Shown piece by piece: positions 10,431-18,149 of a DNA stretch of 64,000 nt. Source of the stretch: Candidatus Magasanikbacteria bacterium RIFCSPHIGHO2_01_FULL_33_34 (lineage in GTDB: Bacteria > Patescibacteriota > Patescibacteriia > Magasanikbacterales > UBA922); assembly GCA_001782825.1 (NCBI GenBank), contig MFPS01000008.1:73012-137011 (forward strand), in the 5' to 3' direction. A model generated the notes under the pieces. That model was not told where the DNA came from. It searched no databases and saw only the letters and a list, made by a program, of their open reading frames with translations. Positions within the stretch are counted from its first letter, which is position 1. The number at the start of each line of letters is the position of its first letter. A program made the position numbers and the translations under genes.

Positions 10431-10986
10431 TGGCTCGGCGAGTGGGATTCGAACCCACGACCAATTGGTTACACGTAATCCCTAGTTTTCACTAGCGCGT
10501 GGACTATATCATCACCCTCGCCAATATCCCAAAAGGAAATTTTGAGAAAACCTGCCCATATATGACAGGACGTTAGGGTGCGAAGCGCTTCCTATCCCTG
10601 TTAATTTTGAATTAACTAGGACAGTACTCCCGTACAAAGGCCATTCACTCTTTTAGAAAGAATTCAGGCAGGGATAGTCTCTGAACCTTCACAATATATA
10701 TTTATCACGTTTATCATCTTCTAACCTTTCAATAAAGGAATTATTAGCATGGTAAGTCGTGCAGAATAAATAAATTATTGTGCTTGGCTGCAGGTTACCA
10801 TAATCTTATTATAGATGTTAGGGTCCCTGTTTTTTACAATGTACACTGTAAAAATTTTCATCTTGCGATGAAACAATTCACTTCGTTTTCACCTCGATGT
10901 TTCTATCAAGGGCTGCAAATACAATTTTGATAAATCAAAATTGGCACTAGTCACAGCCAACTGCTCTACCACTGAGCTACCGCCGA
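10431..10986 (-). tRNA. trnN: tRNA-Asn(GTT), intron-containing; exons 10986..10953 and 10471..10431
   Basis: Joined exons give TCGGCGG-TA-GCTCAGTGGTAGAGC-A-GTTGG-CTGT|TAA-CCAAT-TGGTC-GTGGG-TTCGAAT-CCCAC-TCGCCGA-G-CCA; U1:A72, G73, encoded CCA. Confidence 0.95.
10472..10952 (-). ncRNA. Group I self-splicing intron (481 nt, IA-like, no ORF) at tRNA position 35/36
   Basis: 5' exon ends in U and intron ends in G; P1 GGCUGU/GCAGCC (10916-10911) with U-G at the splice site; P3 CGAAGUG/CGCUUCG; Q AACCUGCAGCC; R GUUCAGAGACUA (10686-10675); S GAUGAUAUAGUCC (10513-10501). Confidence 0.93.
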
Positions 10987-11151
10987 ATATTAAATTTTAC
11001 TCTGATTGTGATTTTCATAATCAGAGGCAATTTAACATTTTTATTATTGTATATTTTTTATGGCCATATTTTAACAAGATTATGTGATATTGTCAATTGT
11101 TTATAAATAGTCCTTTATAAAGGACTATTTATAATTATATGTCGTATTTGT

Positions 11152-12885
11152 TTATAGATTAAGATCATTTAGGTCGTTTTCAATACTAAAGAAATAAAGT
11201 ATATCTCCTTTTTTGTCTAGCATGGGTGTAATACTTAATAGGGTAGAGTATTCAATTCCATTTTTATTTTTATTTTTAATTTTTCCTACAAAAGGTTTTT
11301 TGTCAGTTTTTATGGTTTTCCATAGTTTTGTGTAGAATTCTGGTGTCATAATACCACCCCATAATTGTGAAGTGCCTACTTTTTTATTTATTATTTCATT
11401 TTTGCTGTAGCCAGTCATACGCTCAACTGAATTATTGGCATATAATATTGTACCCTCTGGGTCAGTTATTACTACAGCTTCCCTAGTTACTTCTATAGCA
11501 TTTTTGAATTTTTCAAGATCCGATGTGCGTTCGTAAATTTTTTGTTCCATTGTTTCTTTGTATCGTTTGAGGACAGCAGACATACTATTGAATTCATTTG
11601 CCAAATCTCCAAATTCATCTTTTCTGTTGCCTAAACTTAGTTTATAATCTAGATTGCCTTTTTTAATTCTTTCAGCCCCTTGTATTATTTTTTCTACTGG
11701 ATTCAAAACTACTTGTTGTAAGAAAAACATCATCAAGACTACAAAGAAGATTAAAATCAATATAATCAAGGAAAGTGTTTTGAAAAATAGTATGTTTACT
11801 TTGTCTATTATTTCAGCTTGTTCTACCCTCAATATTTGTGTCCAAAATGTATCTTTATCATTTGCATATGTAAAATCTTTTGCGTCTTCAGAGCTTTGTT
11901 CACGAATACCCATGTATATTTTTTTTACATTAGCACTATAAGGGTTTATCCTATGAAAAATTAAATATGACTTATCTTCTTCATTATAGATTTGACCAGA
12001 ATCTAGTTCTTGGATGATTGGTTTTATTTGAGGGTAATCATTGAATATTGTTACATCATTTTGAGTCATAAATCCCCATTCTTTGTCTTTGTCTATATTT
12101 TGTAGGTAATATCCAAAGCTATTTACTAAGTAGATATTTTTTAATGATGAATCTTCACTTGTCATTGCCATATTCCTAATATTCATATTAGGATGGTTTG
12201 TATTGGAACCCTTGAAAGTAAAATCAGAAAATAAATCAAGAATTAATATGCCTTTTAATTGATCTTGTTCATTATATATAGGTGTTGAGTATTCTATGAT
12301 TTGGTGTTTGTTGTGGGTTAGTTTATTATCCTTTGATGTATCCATTTCTGACATATCTTCTGTAGTATTTTCAATAGTATCAGCATGTTCATCTTCAGTA
12401 ATTGATACAAATAATTCTCTTTTGTTTAGTTTCATTGTTTCATTAAAAAAATGGAATTGTTTTACATTTTCTAATTTGTTTGGTGGTCTAGATATTATTT
12501 TATTCTCTTCATCCCAATTGACTACAATTAACTCTTGTCCATTTTCATCAATTAATTCAATTTTACTAAATATCATGTTGTTCATGAGGAATGTTTTAAA
12601 TTCATCTGAAATTTTTTTATGGGCAGATATTTTTTCAAGTTGATCATCAGTATTTGTATATTGTTTTATACTAGATAGTCCACTTAAAAAATTTATTGAA
12701 GATTCGGACATAACAAGAAAATGTTCTGTAGAATTTTTTCTTAGGACTATTTCTTGTTGTCGTTCAGATATTTGTTGATTTTTTAAGATATTGGATAAAT
12801 CTTTATAAAAAACAACTGCTAATATAGTGCTTAGCATGATTGCTCCTAAAATAAAATTTAAAAATATCTTGGTATTTAGTCTCAT
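11152..12885 (-). CDS. Membrane sensor: TM, Cache-like domain, TM, HAMP, PAS; no output domain
   Basis: Two TMs; HAMP (RKDEFGDLANEFNSM); PAS/PAC (AVVITDPEGTILYAN...FYTKLWKTI). Confidence 0.85.
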   Translation of the reverse strand: MRLNTKIFLNFILGAIMLSTILAVVFYKDLSNILKNQQISERQQEIVLRKNSTEHFLVMSESSINFLSGLSSIKQYTNTDDQLEKISAHKKISDEFKTFLMNNMIFSKIELIDENGQELIVVNWDEENKIISRPPNKLENVKQFHFFNETMKLNKRELFVSITEDEHADTIENTTEDMSEMDTSKDNKLTHNKHQIIEYSTPIYNEQDQLKGILILDLFSDFTFKGSNTNHPNMNIRNMAMTSEDSSLKNIYLVNSFGYYLQNIDKDKEWGFMTQNDVTIFNDYPQIKPIIQELDSGQIYNEEDKSYLIFHRINPYSANVKKIYMGIREQSSEDAKDFTYANDKDTFWTQILRVEQAEIIDKVNILFFKTLSLIILILIFFVVLMMFFLQQVVLNPVEKIIQGAERIKKGNLDYKLSLGNRKDEFGDLANEFNSMSAVLKRYKETMEQKIYERTSDLEKFKNAIEVTREAVVITDPEGTILYANNSVERMTGYSKNEIINKKVGTSQLWGGIMTPEFYTKLWKTIKTDKKPFVGKIKNKNKNGIEYSTLLSITPMLDKKGDILYFFSIENDLNDLNL

Positions 12886-13019
12886 ATAAATTATATTATA
12901 GCATATTGTTTATTTGTAAACAATCAAAAATAAGATTAAATTAGAGTAGTTTTAATGGTTAAAAGTAAAAAAAGACCAGCTAATAAATTAGCCAGTCTTT
13001 TTTTAATTTGTCTATTTGA

Positions 13020-13220
13020 TTAGACGCGTCTTACGTTTACCGCATTTAGGCCTTTTGGACCTTCTTCTACGTCAAACTCTAGTGTATCACCTTCGCGTAA
13101 ATCGTTGTATTCAACGTCAACAAGGTTGTTAGTGTGGAAAAATAAATCTTTTTCCTCACCTTCGCGAGAAATGAAGCCAAACCCCTTATCAGTAAGTCTA
13201 GCAATTGTTCCTTTTTGCAT
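13020..13220 (-). CDS. cspA: Cold-shock protein
   Basis: KGFGFI and DLFFH RNP motifs, GPKGLNAVNV. Confidence 0.95.
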   Translation of the reverse strand: MQKGTIARLTDKGFGFISREGEEKDLFFHTNNLVDVEYNDLREGDTLEFDVEEGPKGLNAVNVRRV

Positions 13221-13423
13221 GTAGTAACAATAAATGAATTAAATTTCAAATAAAGATTAAAAGAAAAATGTTCATTTCTCTATACCTCTTTTGATGGCAA
13301 TAGTATATCATATATTGATAGTTTTGTCAATAGCTAGCTATATTGGTAGTAATAATTTGTTATTTTACTTGATATGGCTGTGTTCTCATTATATAATAGT
13401 TCAGTTAATCCATAATTGATAAT

Positions 13424-13909
13424 ATGCAACTCCCAAAACGTAAACCTGGAAAATATACTCAATTGGCGACTGATCATGTGATGACTCAAGAGAAACTTGA
13501 TGAACTTAAGCTTGAATTAGATAAATTAAATAAAAAGCGTCCACAGGCTGCCAAAGAAGTTAGTCGTTTGGCAGAACTGGGGGACTTTTCTGAGAATGTT
13601 GAATATCAATTGGCAAAAGGACGTCTGAGAGGGATAAATAATGCTATTTTGAAATTAGAGTACAGGATAAATCATGCAAATATTATAGCCGGTGGTAATA
13701 GTAATATTGTACAGTTGGGGAGTGAGGTCACTATAAAAAATAGCAAAGGTAAAAGTACCTATACAATTTTAGGTGCTTCAGAAACTGATCCAAGTAGAGG
13801 AATTATATCTCATCAATCACCATTGGGCTCGGCTCTTTTGGGACATCGGGTTGGTGAGGTAGTTGAAGTTGATAAAATAGGGGAGTGTGAGATTTTAAAA
13901 ATTGGATAA
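13424..13909 (+). CDS. greA: Transcription elongation factor GreA/GreB
   Basis: GDFSENVEY and ISHQSPLGSALLG motifs. Confidence 0.92.
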   Translation: MQLPKRKPGKYTQLATDHVMTQEKLDELKLELDKLNKKRPQAAKEVSRLAELGDFSENVEYQLAKGRLRGINNAILKLEYRINHANIIAGGNSNIVQLGSEVTIKNSKGKSTYTILGASETDPSRGIISHQSPLGSALLGHRVGEVVEVDKIGECEILKIG

Positions 13910-13934
13910 GCTAGGTTTTTGTAAACAAAATTAT

Positions 13935-14126
13935 TTATTTGGATGGTTTGGTATTTCTGTTCCCCATACTTCTTTGTCGTTCTGCGCCTTCTTGGCTATT
14001 TTTTTTGGCATGGAAACCGGTTTTGCCTTGAAATTTGGATTGTGGGTATGTGATACCAGAGGTTGCGGGCGTTTTACCAGCTTTTTTTTCTGCTTCTCGC
14101 ATTTTTTTCAATACTTTGTTTAACAT
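13935..14126 (-). CDS. Small basic hypothetical protein
   Basis: ATG with AT-rich leader, 63 aa K/R-rich, fills the gap between greA and tRNA-Gln. Confidence 0.45.
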   Translation of the reverse strand: MLNKVLKKMREAEKKAGKTPATSGITYPQSKFQGKTGFHAKKNSQEGAERQRSMGNRNTKPSK

Positions 14127-14199
14127 ATTTTTAAATTAATTATTTTTATTTGAAGATATTATATCAAATAATTTGAATTATTAAAATCAAATTTAATTG

Positions 14200-14270
14200 C
14201 TCGGGGACTTGGATTTGAACCAAGATAAACAGATCCAGAATCTGTTGTCCTACCATTAGACGATCCCCGA
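14200..14270 (-). tRNA. trnQ: tRNA-Gln(CTG)
   Basis: TCGGGGA...ACAGA-TT-CTG-GA-TCTGT...CTTGG-TTCAAAT-CCAAG-TCCCCGA-G. Confidence 0.95.
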
Positions 14271-14273
14271 ATA

Positions 14274-15254
14274 TTATTGTACGATTTCTTCACCTAGTTG
14301 GAGGTTTTCGACGAAGCTTGATGGTACTGTAAATATGTCAAACCATTTCCAACCATGGTTTATAAAAACAGTTTCATTTAGTATGTGTCTGCGTATGCCA
14401 TTGTGAAACAAATATACCATTGGGCTTTCAGGAGATTTGATTAGTGTGCCTAATAATATTTTTTCTGTAGTTTTTGCAATAGGCGAGTACCCCATACTTA
14501 TTTCCTTTCCATCTTCATAACCATCATTGTCGCTGTCTTTTGACCAAGGGAGAGTTTTTTGTTGTATTTCTTCTATTTTTGTTAATCCATCAGCATCTGC
14601 ATCAATGTGTGCAGAATTAGATATGCTCGGGTTGGTAAAAATAGTTAATTTATCGCCATTCATAGTTTTTTGATCAGGCAAAAAATCATGAATGGCGTTC
14701 ATAATAGTATCATAAGAATAACGAAAGTCAAGGCCATAACGAGTCCCAGGTTCTTGGGTGATGAATTCTTTGGTAGAATCATCATAGCCAGATATAACTA
14801 GAGTATGATAATCTGGTCCGCCATTTTTGAAGAAAGGATTGTATAGGTATCTGCCGTGTACAGGCAAGATAATCGGTCTATCATTGTCTATTTCATATTT
14901 GAGTTCTTCAAGAGTTGGATTTGCTTTAATATGAGCCTCCCATGGTAGAAAGTTGTTTATAAGTGTTAATATAGTTTTAGCATTTTCGTCCAAACTTTCT
15001 CCTATAAATTTGTTTTTTATGTTTATTATTTTTAATATTTCTGTTTTGGCGCTTTCAGTAGTAAAAGTATTTTTGGCATAAAAAAAATCAACCATTGCGA
15101 TTGTAGTTTCTTCACAGGCATCTTGCCACGGCTGACTCCAATTTTGTTCTGGAGCTTGGATGGTGAAGGGTACACTCAATGATTTTGAAAAAACCGGTAG
15201 GGATATTGACAGGCTTAAAATAATTGAAGCAAAAAAAATATATATCTTTTTCAT
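14274..15254 (-). CDS. Secreted C39-like cysteine peptidase with thrombospondin type-3-like Ca-binding repeats
   Basis: Signal peptide; VPFTIQAP, DACEE (catalytic C), YHTLVISGYD; DADADGL/DSDNDG repeats. Confidence 0.82.
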   Translation of the reverse strand: MKKIYIFFASIILSLSISLPVFSKSLSVPFTIQAPEQNWSQPWQDACEETTIAMVDFFYAKNTFTTESAKTEILKIINIKNKFIGESLDENAKTILTLINNFLPWEAHIKANPTLEELKYEIDNDRPIILPVHGRYLYNPFFKNGGPDYHTLVISGYDDSTKEFITQEPGTRYGLDFRYSYDTIMNAIHDFLPDQKTMNGDKLTIFTNPSISNSAHIDADADGLTKIEEIQQKTLPWSKDSDNDGYEDGKEISMGYSPIAKTTEKILLGTLIKSPESPMVYLFHNGIRRHILNETVFINHGWKWFDIFTVPSSFVENLQLGEEIVQ

Positions 15255-15265
15255 TATTTTTAATT

Positions 15266-16831
15266 TTAAATTTCTCCGCCAAAAGCGGCTGTTAAGTCTC
15301 TTATTTCTGTGTCTATTTTTGGATTTGGTTCATCAACTTGATTTACAATTACATCAATTAGTATCTTTGTATTATATACGTTTAGCAGGATTTCTTCAAT
15401 ATTTTTCTTGCATTCTGCAGACATTAATTTGTCTTTGTGTATAGCAAAAGCAACTGAAATAATGATCGTGTTGCCGTCTATTTTTTCTAGGGTGGCTGTT
15501 TTTAAAATGAAAGATAGGGAAGTGGATTTTTTTTCAATTTTGGACATAAAGTCATTCCATTTTTCTTTGGTATCATCTAATGAAATTGAACTTTCTTTGT
15601 TTAGTAGTTCTTTGACTTTTTCTTTAATGCTTTTTTTGTCCTCTTTTATATCTTTGGTTTCATCTTTAGAATTATTTTCTTCAGTTTTGGTGTTATCGTC
15701 ATTATTTTCACCATTATTCTCATTGTTTTTGGTGTGGGCTGTATCAGTTGTAGACCATTCAACGATAACTAACTCTAGTGGAAGTTGAGTAATAGTGTGC
15801 ATTTTGATTTCTGATCTTCTTTTTATAAACAAATCAATTAGTTTGATAATATCAGATGATTCAATTGCTTTATTTAATTTTAATAATTTTTTTTCAGCCT
15901 CTTTATTTAGGTCTAAATTAGCTATAGTCAATTTGGTTTGATTTTTTGAAATAAGCATTATGCGAAGAATTTCAATTACATCATAAGCTAGCTGGCTCAT
16001 ATCTATGCCTTCATCTGTCATTTTGTTGATTGATTCGAGAGCTTTTTGAGTTTCATGGTTTATAATTGATTCTATCAATGTAATTATTTCATCAATATTT
16101 GAAGTTGGTAAAACAATTGAAGCAATATCAGATGTGATATGTTTTTCATTGGTGGACATGATTTGGTCTAATAGACTGACAGAGTCCCTTACAGATCCAT
16201 CACTTTTGTTTATAATTCTTTCAATTACATCTTTATCAATCTTGATATTTTCTTTTTTTGCAATATCTTCTAGATTTTTTTTCATAGCGTCATATGACAC
16301 TTTTTTGAAATTAAATCTTTGACAGCGTGAAATAATAGTAATAGGCAGTTTGTGGTATTCGGTAGTGGCAAGAATAAAAATTACGTATTGAGGGGGCTCT
16401 TCTAAGATTTTAAGGAGGGCATTGAAGGCAGGGGTCGATAGCATGTGGGCTTCATCAATGATAAATACCTTATATTTGGATTTTGTTGGCCTAAATTGAG
16501 CATTTTCTATAATATTTTCTCGAACATTGTCTACGCCTGTGTGGCTGGCCGCGTCAATCTCTATTACATCAATAGAAGACGTTTTGCTGATTTCATTACA
16601 TATTTCACAATTGTTGCATGGTTCAGTATTATCTTTCTCTCTTTTTTCACAATTGATTGCTTTGGCAAGTAATCTTGCAGCCGTTGTTTTGCCAATGCCT
16701 CTGGAACCTGAAAATAGATAGGCGTGGGCTATTCTATTACTTTTTATTTGATTGGTTATGGTTTGTACAATATGTTCTTGTCCGATTAATTCGGCAAATT
16801 TTTGTGGTCTGTGTCTGTGGTATAAAGCCAT
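15266..16831 (-). CDS. dnaX: DNA polymerase III subunit gamma/tau
   Basis: LYHRHRPQKF, GSRGIGKT, Cys cluster, IDEAHML, ISRCQRF; ATG 16831 preferred. Confidence 0.95.
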   Translation of the reverse strand: MALYHRHRPQKFAELIGQEHIVQTITNQIKSNRIAHAYLFSGSRGIGKTTAARLLAKAINCEKREKDNTEPCNNCEICNEISKTSSIDVIEIDAASHTGVDNVRENIIENAQFRPTKSKYKVFIIDEAHMLSTPAFNALLKILEEPPQYVIFILATTEYHKLPITIISRCQRFNFKKVSYDAMKKNLEDIAKKENIKIDKDVIERIINKSDGSVRDSVSLLDQIMSTNEKHITSDIASIVLPTSNIDEIITLIESIINHETQKALESINKMTDEGIDMSQLAYDVIEILRIMLISKNQTKLTIANLDLNKEAEKKLLKLNKAIESSDIIKLIDLFIKRRSEIKMHTITQLPLELVIVEWSTTDTAHTKNNENNGENNDDNTKTEENNSKDETKDIKEDKKSIKEKVKELLNKESSISLDDTKEKWNDFMSKIEKKSTSLSFILKTATLEKIDGNTIIISVAFAIHKDKLMSAECKKNIEEILLNVYNTKILIDVIVNQVDEPNPKIDTEIRDLTAAFGGEI

Positions 16832-16960
16832 AGTTTTATTTAAATGTGAGATTAGTATAGAATAATTTGGATAAATATTCAAATTAGTTTTTATAGATTT
16901 ATATATTGTGTTGTTGGTTTTTGTGTTTCCCCTTGTGCTTCTAGGGAGGTTGTGCTATAC

Positions 16961-16969
16961 TGTGGATAA
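16961..16969. promoter_or_regulatory. Perfect DnaA box in the divergent dnaX/SWIB intergenic region
   Basis: TGTGGATAA (reverse complement of TTATCCACA) abutting a TATACT -10. Confidence 0.5.
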
Positions 16970-16999
16970 GTTTAATAAGTAATTTTTAAGCATACAATT

Positions 17000-17260
17000 A
17001 TGCCAAGAAAAGCAAACCCAGCTTTGATGAAACCTTTAAATGTTTCAGAAGAGTTAGAAGCCGTTATCGGCAAAGGACCATTACCACGTGGACAAGTTAT
17101 GAAGAAGTTGTGGGAATATATCAAAAAAAATAATCTACAGAATCCACAGAAAAAAAGAAACATCGTAGCGGATGATAAGCTTTTAGTGGTATTTGGTGGA
17201 AAAAAGGAAGTAGATATGTTTGAAATGGCTAAATTAGTATCAGCACATTTAACAAACTAA
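17000..17260 (+). CDS. Stand-alone SWIB/MDM2 domain protein
   Basis: PRGQVMKKLWEYIKKNNLQNP..KRNIVADDKL..VDMFEM. Confidence 0.92.
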   Translation: MPRKANPALMKPLNVSEELEAVIGKGPLPRGQVMKKLWEYIKKNNLQNPQKKRNIVADDKLLVVFGGKKEVDMFEMAKLVSAHLTN

Positions 17261-17291
17261 TAGTGTAGGTAAAGTTAAATAAATAATAAAA

Positions 17292-17326
17292 TTAAAAAAC
17301 CTAGTCATTTTGACTAGGTTTTTTAA
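17292..17326. terminator. Bidirectional terminator
   Basis: AAAAAACCTAGTCA-ttt-TGACTAGGTTTTTT. Confidence 0.8.
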
Positions 17327-17328
17327 TT

Positions 17329-18111
17329 TTAGATATTTTTTCTTATTATATTATCTACTGCTGCCCAAGAATTTGGTATATCCTTAGCTACAATAAAAAT
17401 GACTTCGTCTCCTGGTTTGCCTTTGTAGAATGTAACAGAAGCAGTGAGTATCATATATTTGTTATTATTTTCAGTTACACACCATTGTTCATTGTTTGGG
17501 TCTTTTGTTAGTATACCGATTTTTCTGATTCTTTCGATTGGTTTGACTTGTTTGTATATGAATTTTCCATTTTCTAAAATTGTAAGTTTCAGTTCATCTC
17601 CCTCTACAAGTTTTGATTTGCTGGCATAATTTGGTGGTATAGAGTATTCTTTGTTGTTTTTGTCAATCATTTTTATTCCATCAAAAATACCATTGATAAT
17701 TCTATCATCACTTTGGATTATTTTTTGATTAGGTGGATTAATCTCTTTGGTTGTTTTTATGTTTAAAATTATTTCATTGCCTTCAATTATTCTAATAATT
17801 GCATCAAGTTGGTCTTTGATTGAATATATTTTTGATTTTAATTTTTCAAGATCAATTGGGATATTTTCTGTGTTTGATTGTGTTTGAGTGCTTTTTTCTG
17901 AAGGTTTTTCATCAGCAACTATTTTATCAATAATTATTTCATTTTTATTTTCTTTTTGATCATAATTTTCTTCTATTTCATTATAATCCTCTAAATCAAG
18001 CTGATTATCTATTTTGTCATCTGATGTGGTCGAGTGGTTGATGGGGGAAAGGGTTTGAGTTGGAAATATTTCGTCGGCTTTGTTGTTTATTAGATCTGTT
18101 ATTGAATCCAT
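17329..18111 (-). CDS. Hypothetical protein, CPR-type (C-terminal YSIPPNYASKSKLVEGD domain)
   Basis: 260-aa ORF co-oriented with the ATPase; acidic N-terminus and beta-rich C-terminus. Confidence 0.8.
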   Translation of the reverse strand: MDSITDLINNKADEIFPTQTLSPINHSTTSDDKIDNQLDLEDYNEIEENYDQKENKNEIIIDKIVADEKPSEKSTQTQSNTENIPIDLEKLKSKIYSIKDQLDAIIRIIEGNEIILNIKTTKEINPPNQKIIQSDDRIINGIFDGIKMIDKNNKEYSIPPNYASKSKLVEGDELKLTILENGKFIYKQVKPIERIRKIGILTKDPNNEQWCVTENNNKYMILTASVTFYKGKPGDEVIFIVAKDIPNSWAAVDNIIRKNI

Positions 18112-18149
18112 ATGTTTTATGTTAGATGTTTATTTTTGATGTGAGTTTG

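Noticed and set aside
10472-10952. Homing endonuclease inside the intron
   Set aside because: No ORF of 60 aa or more in the track; peripheral insertions are short hairpins
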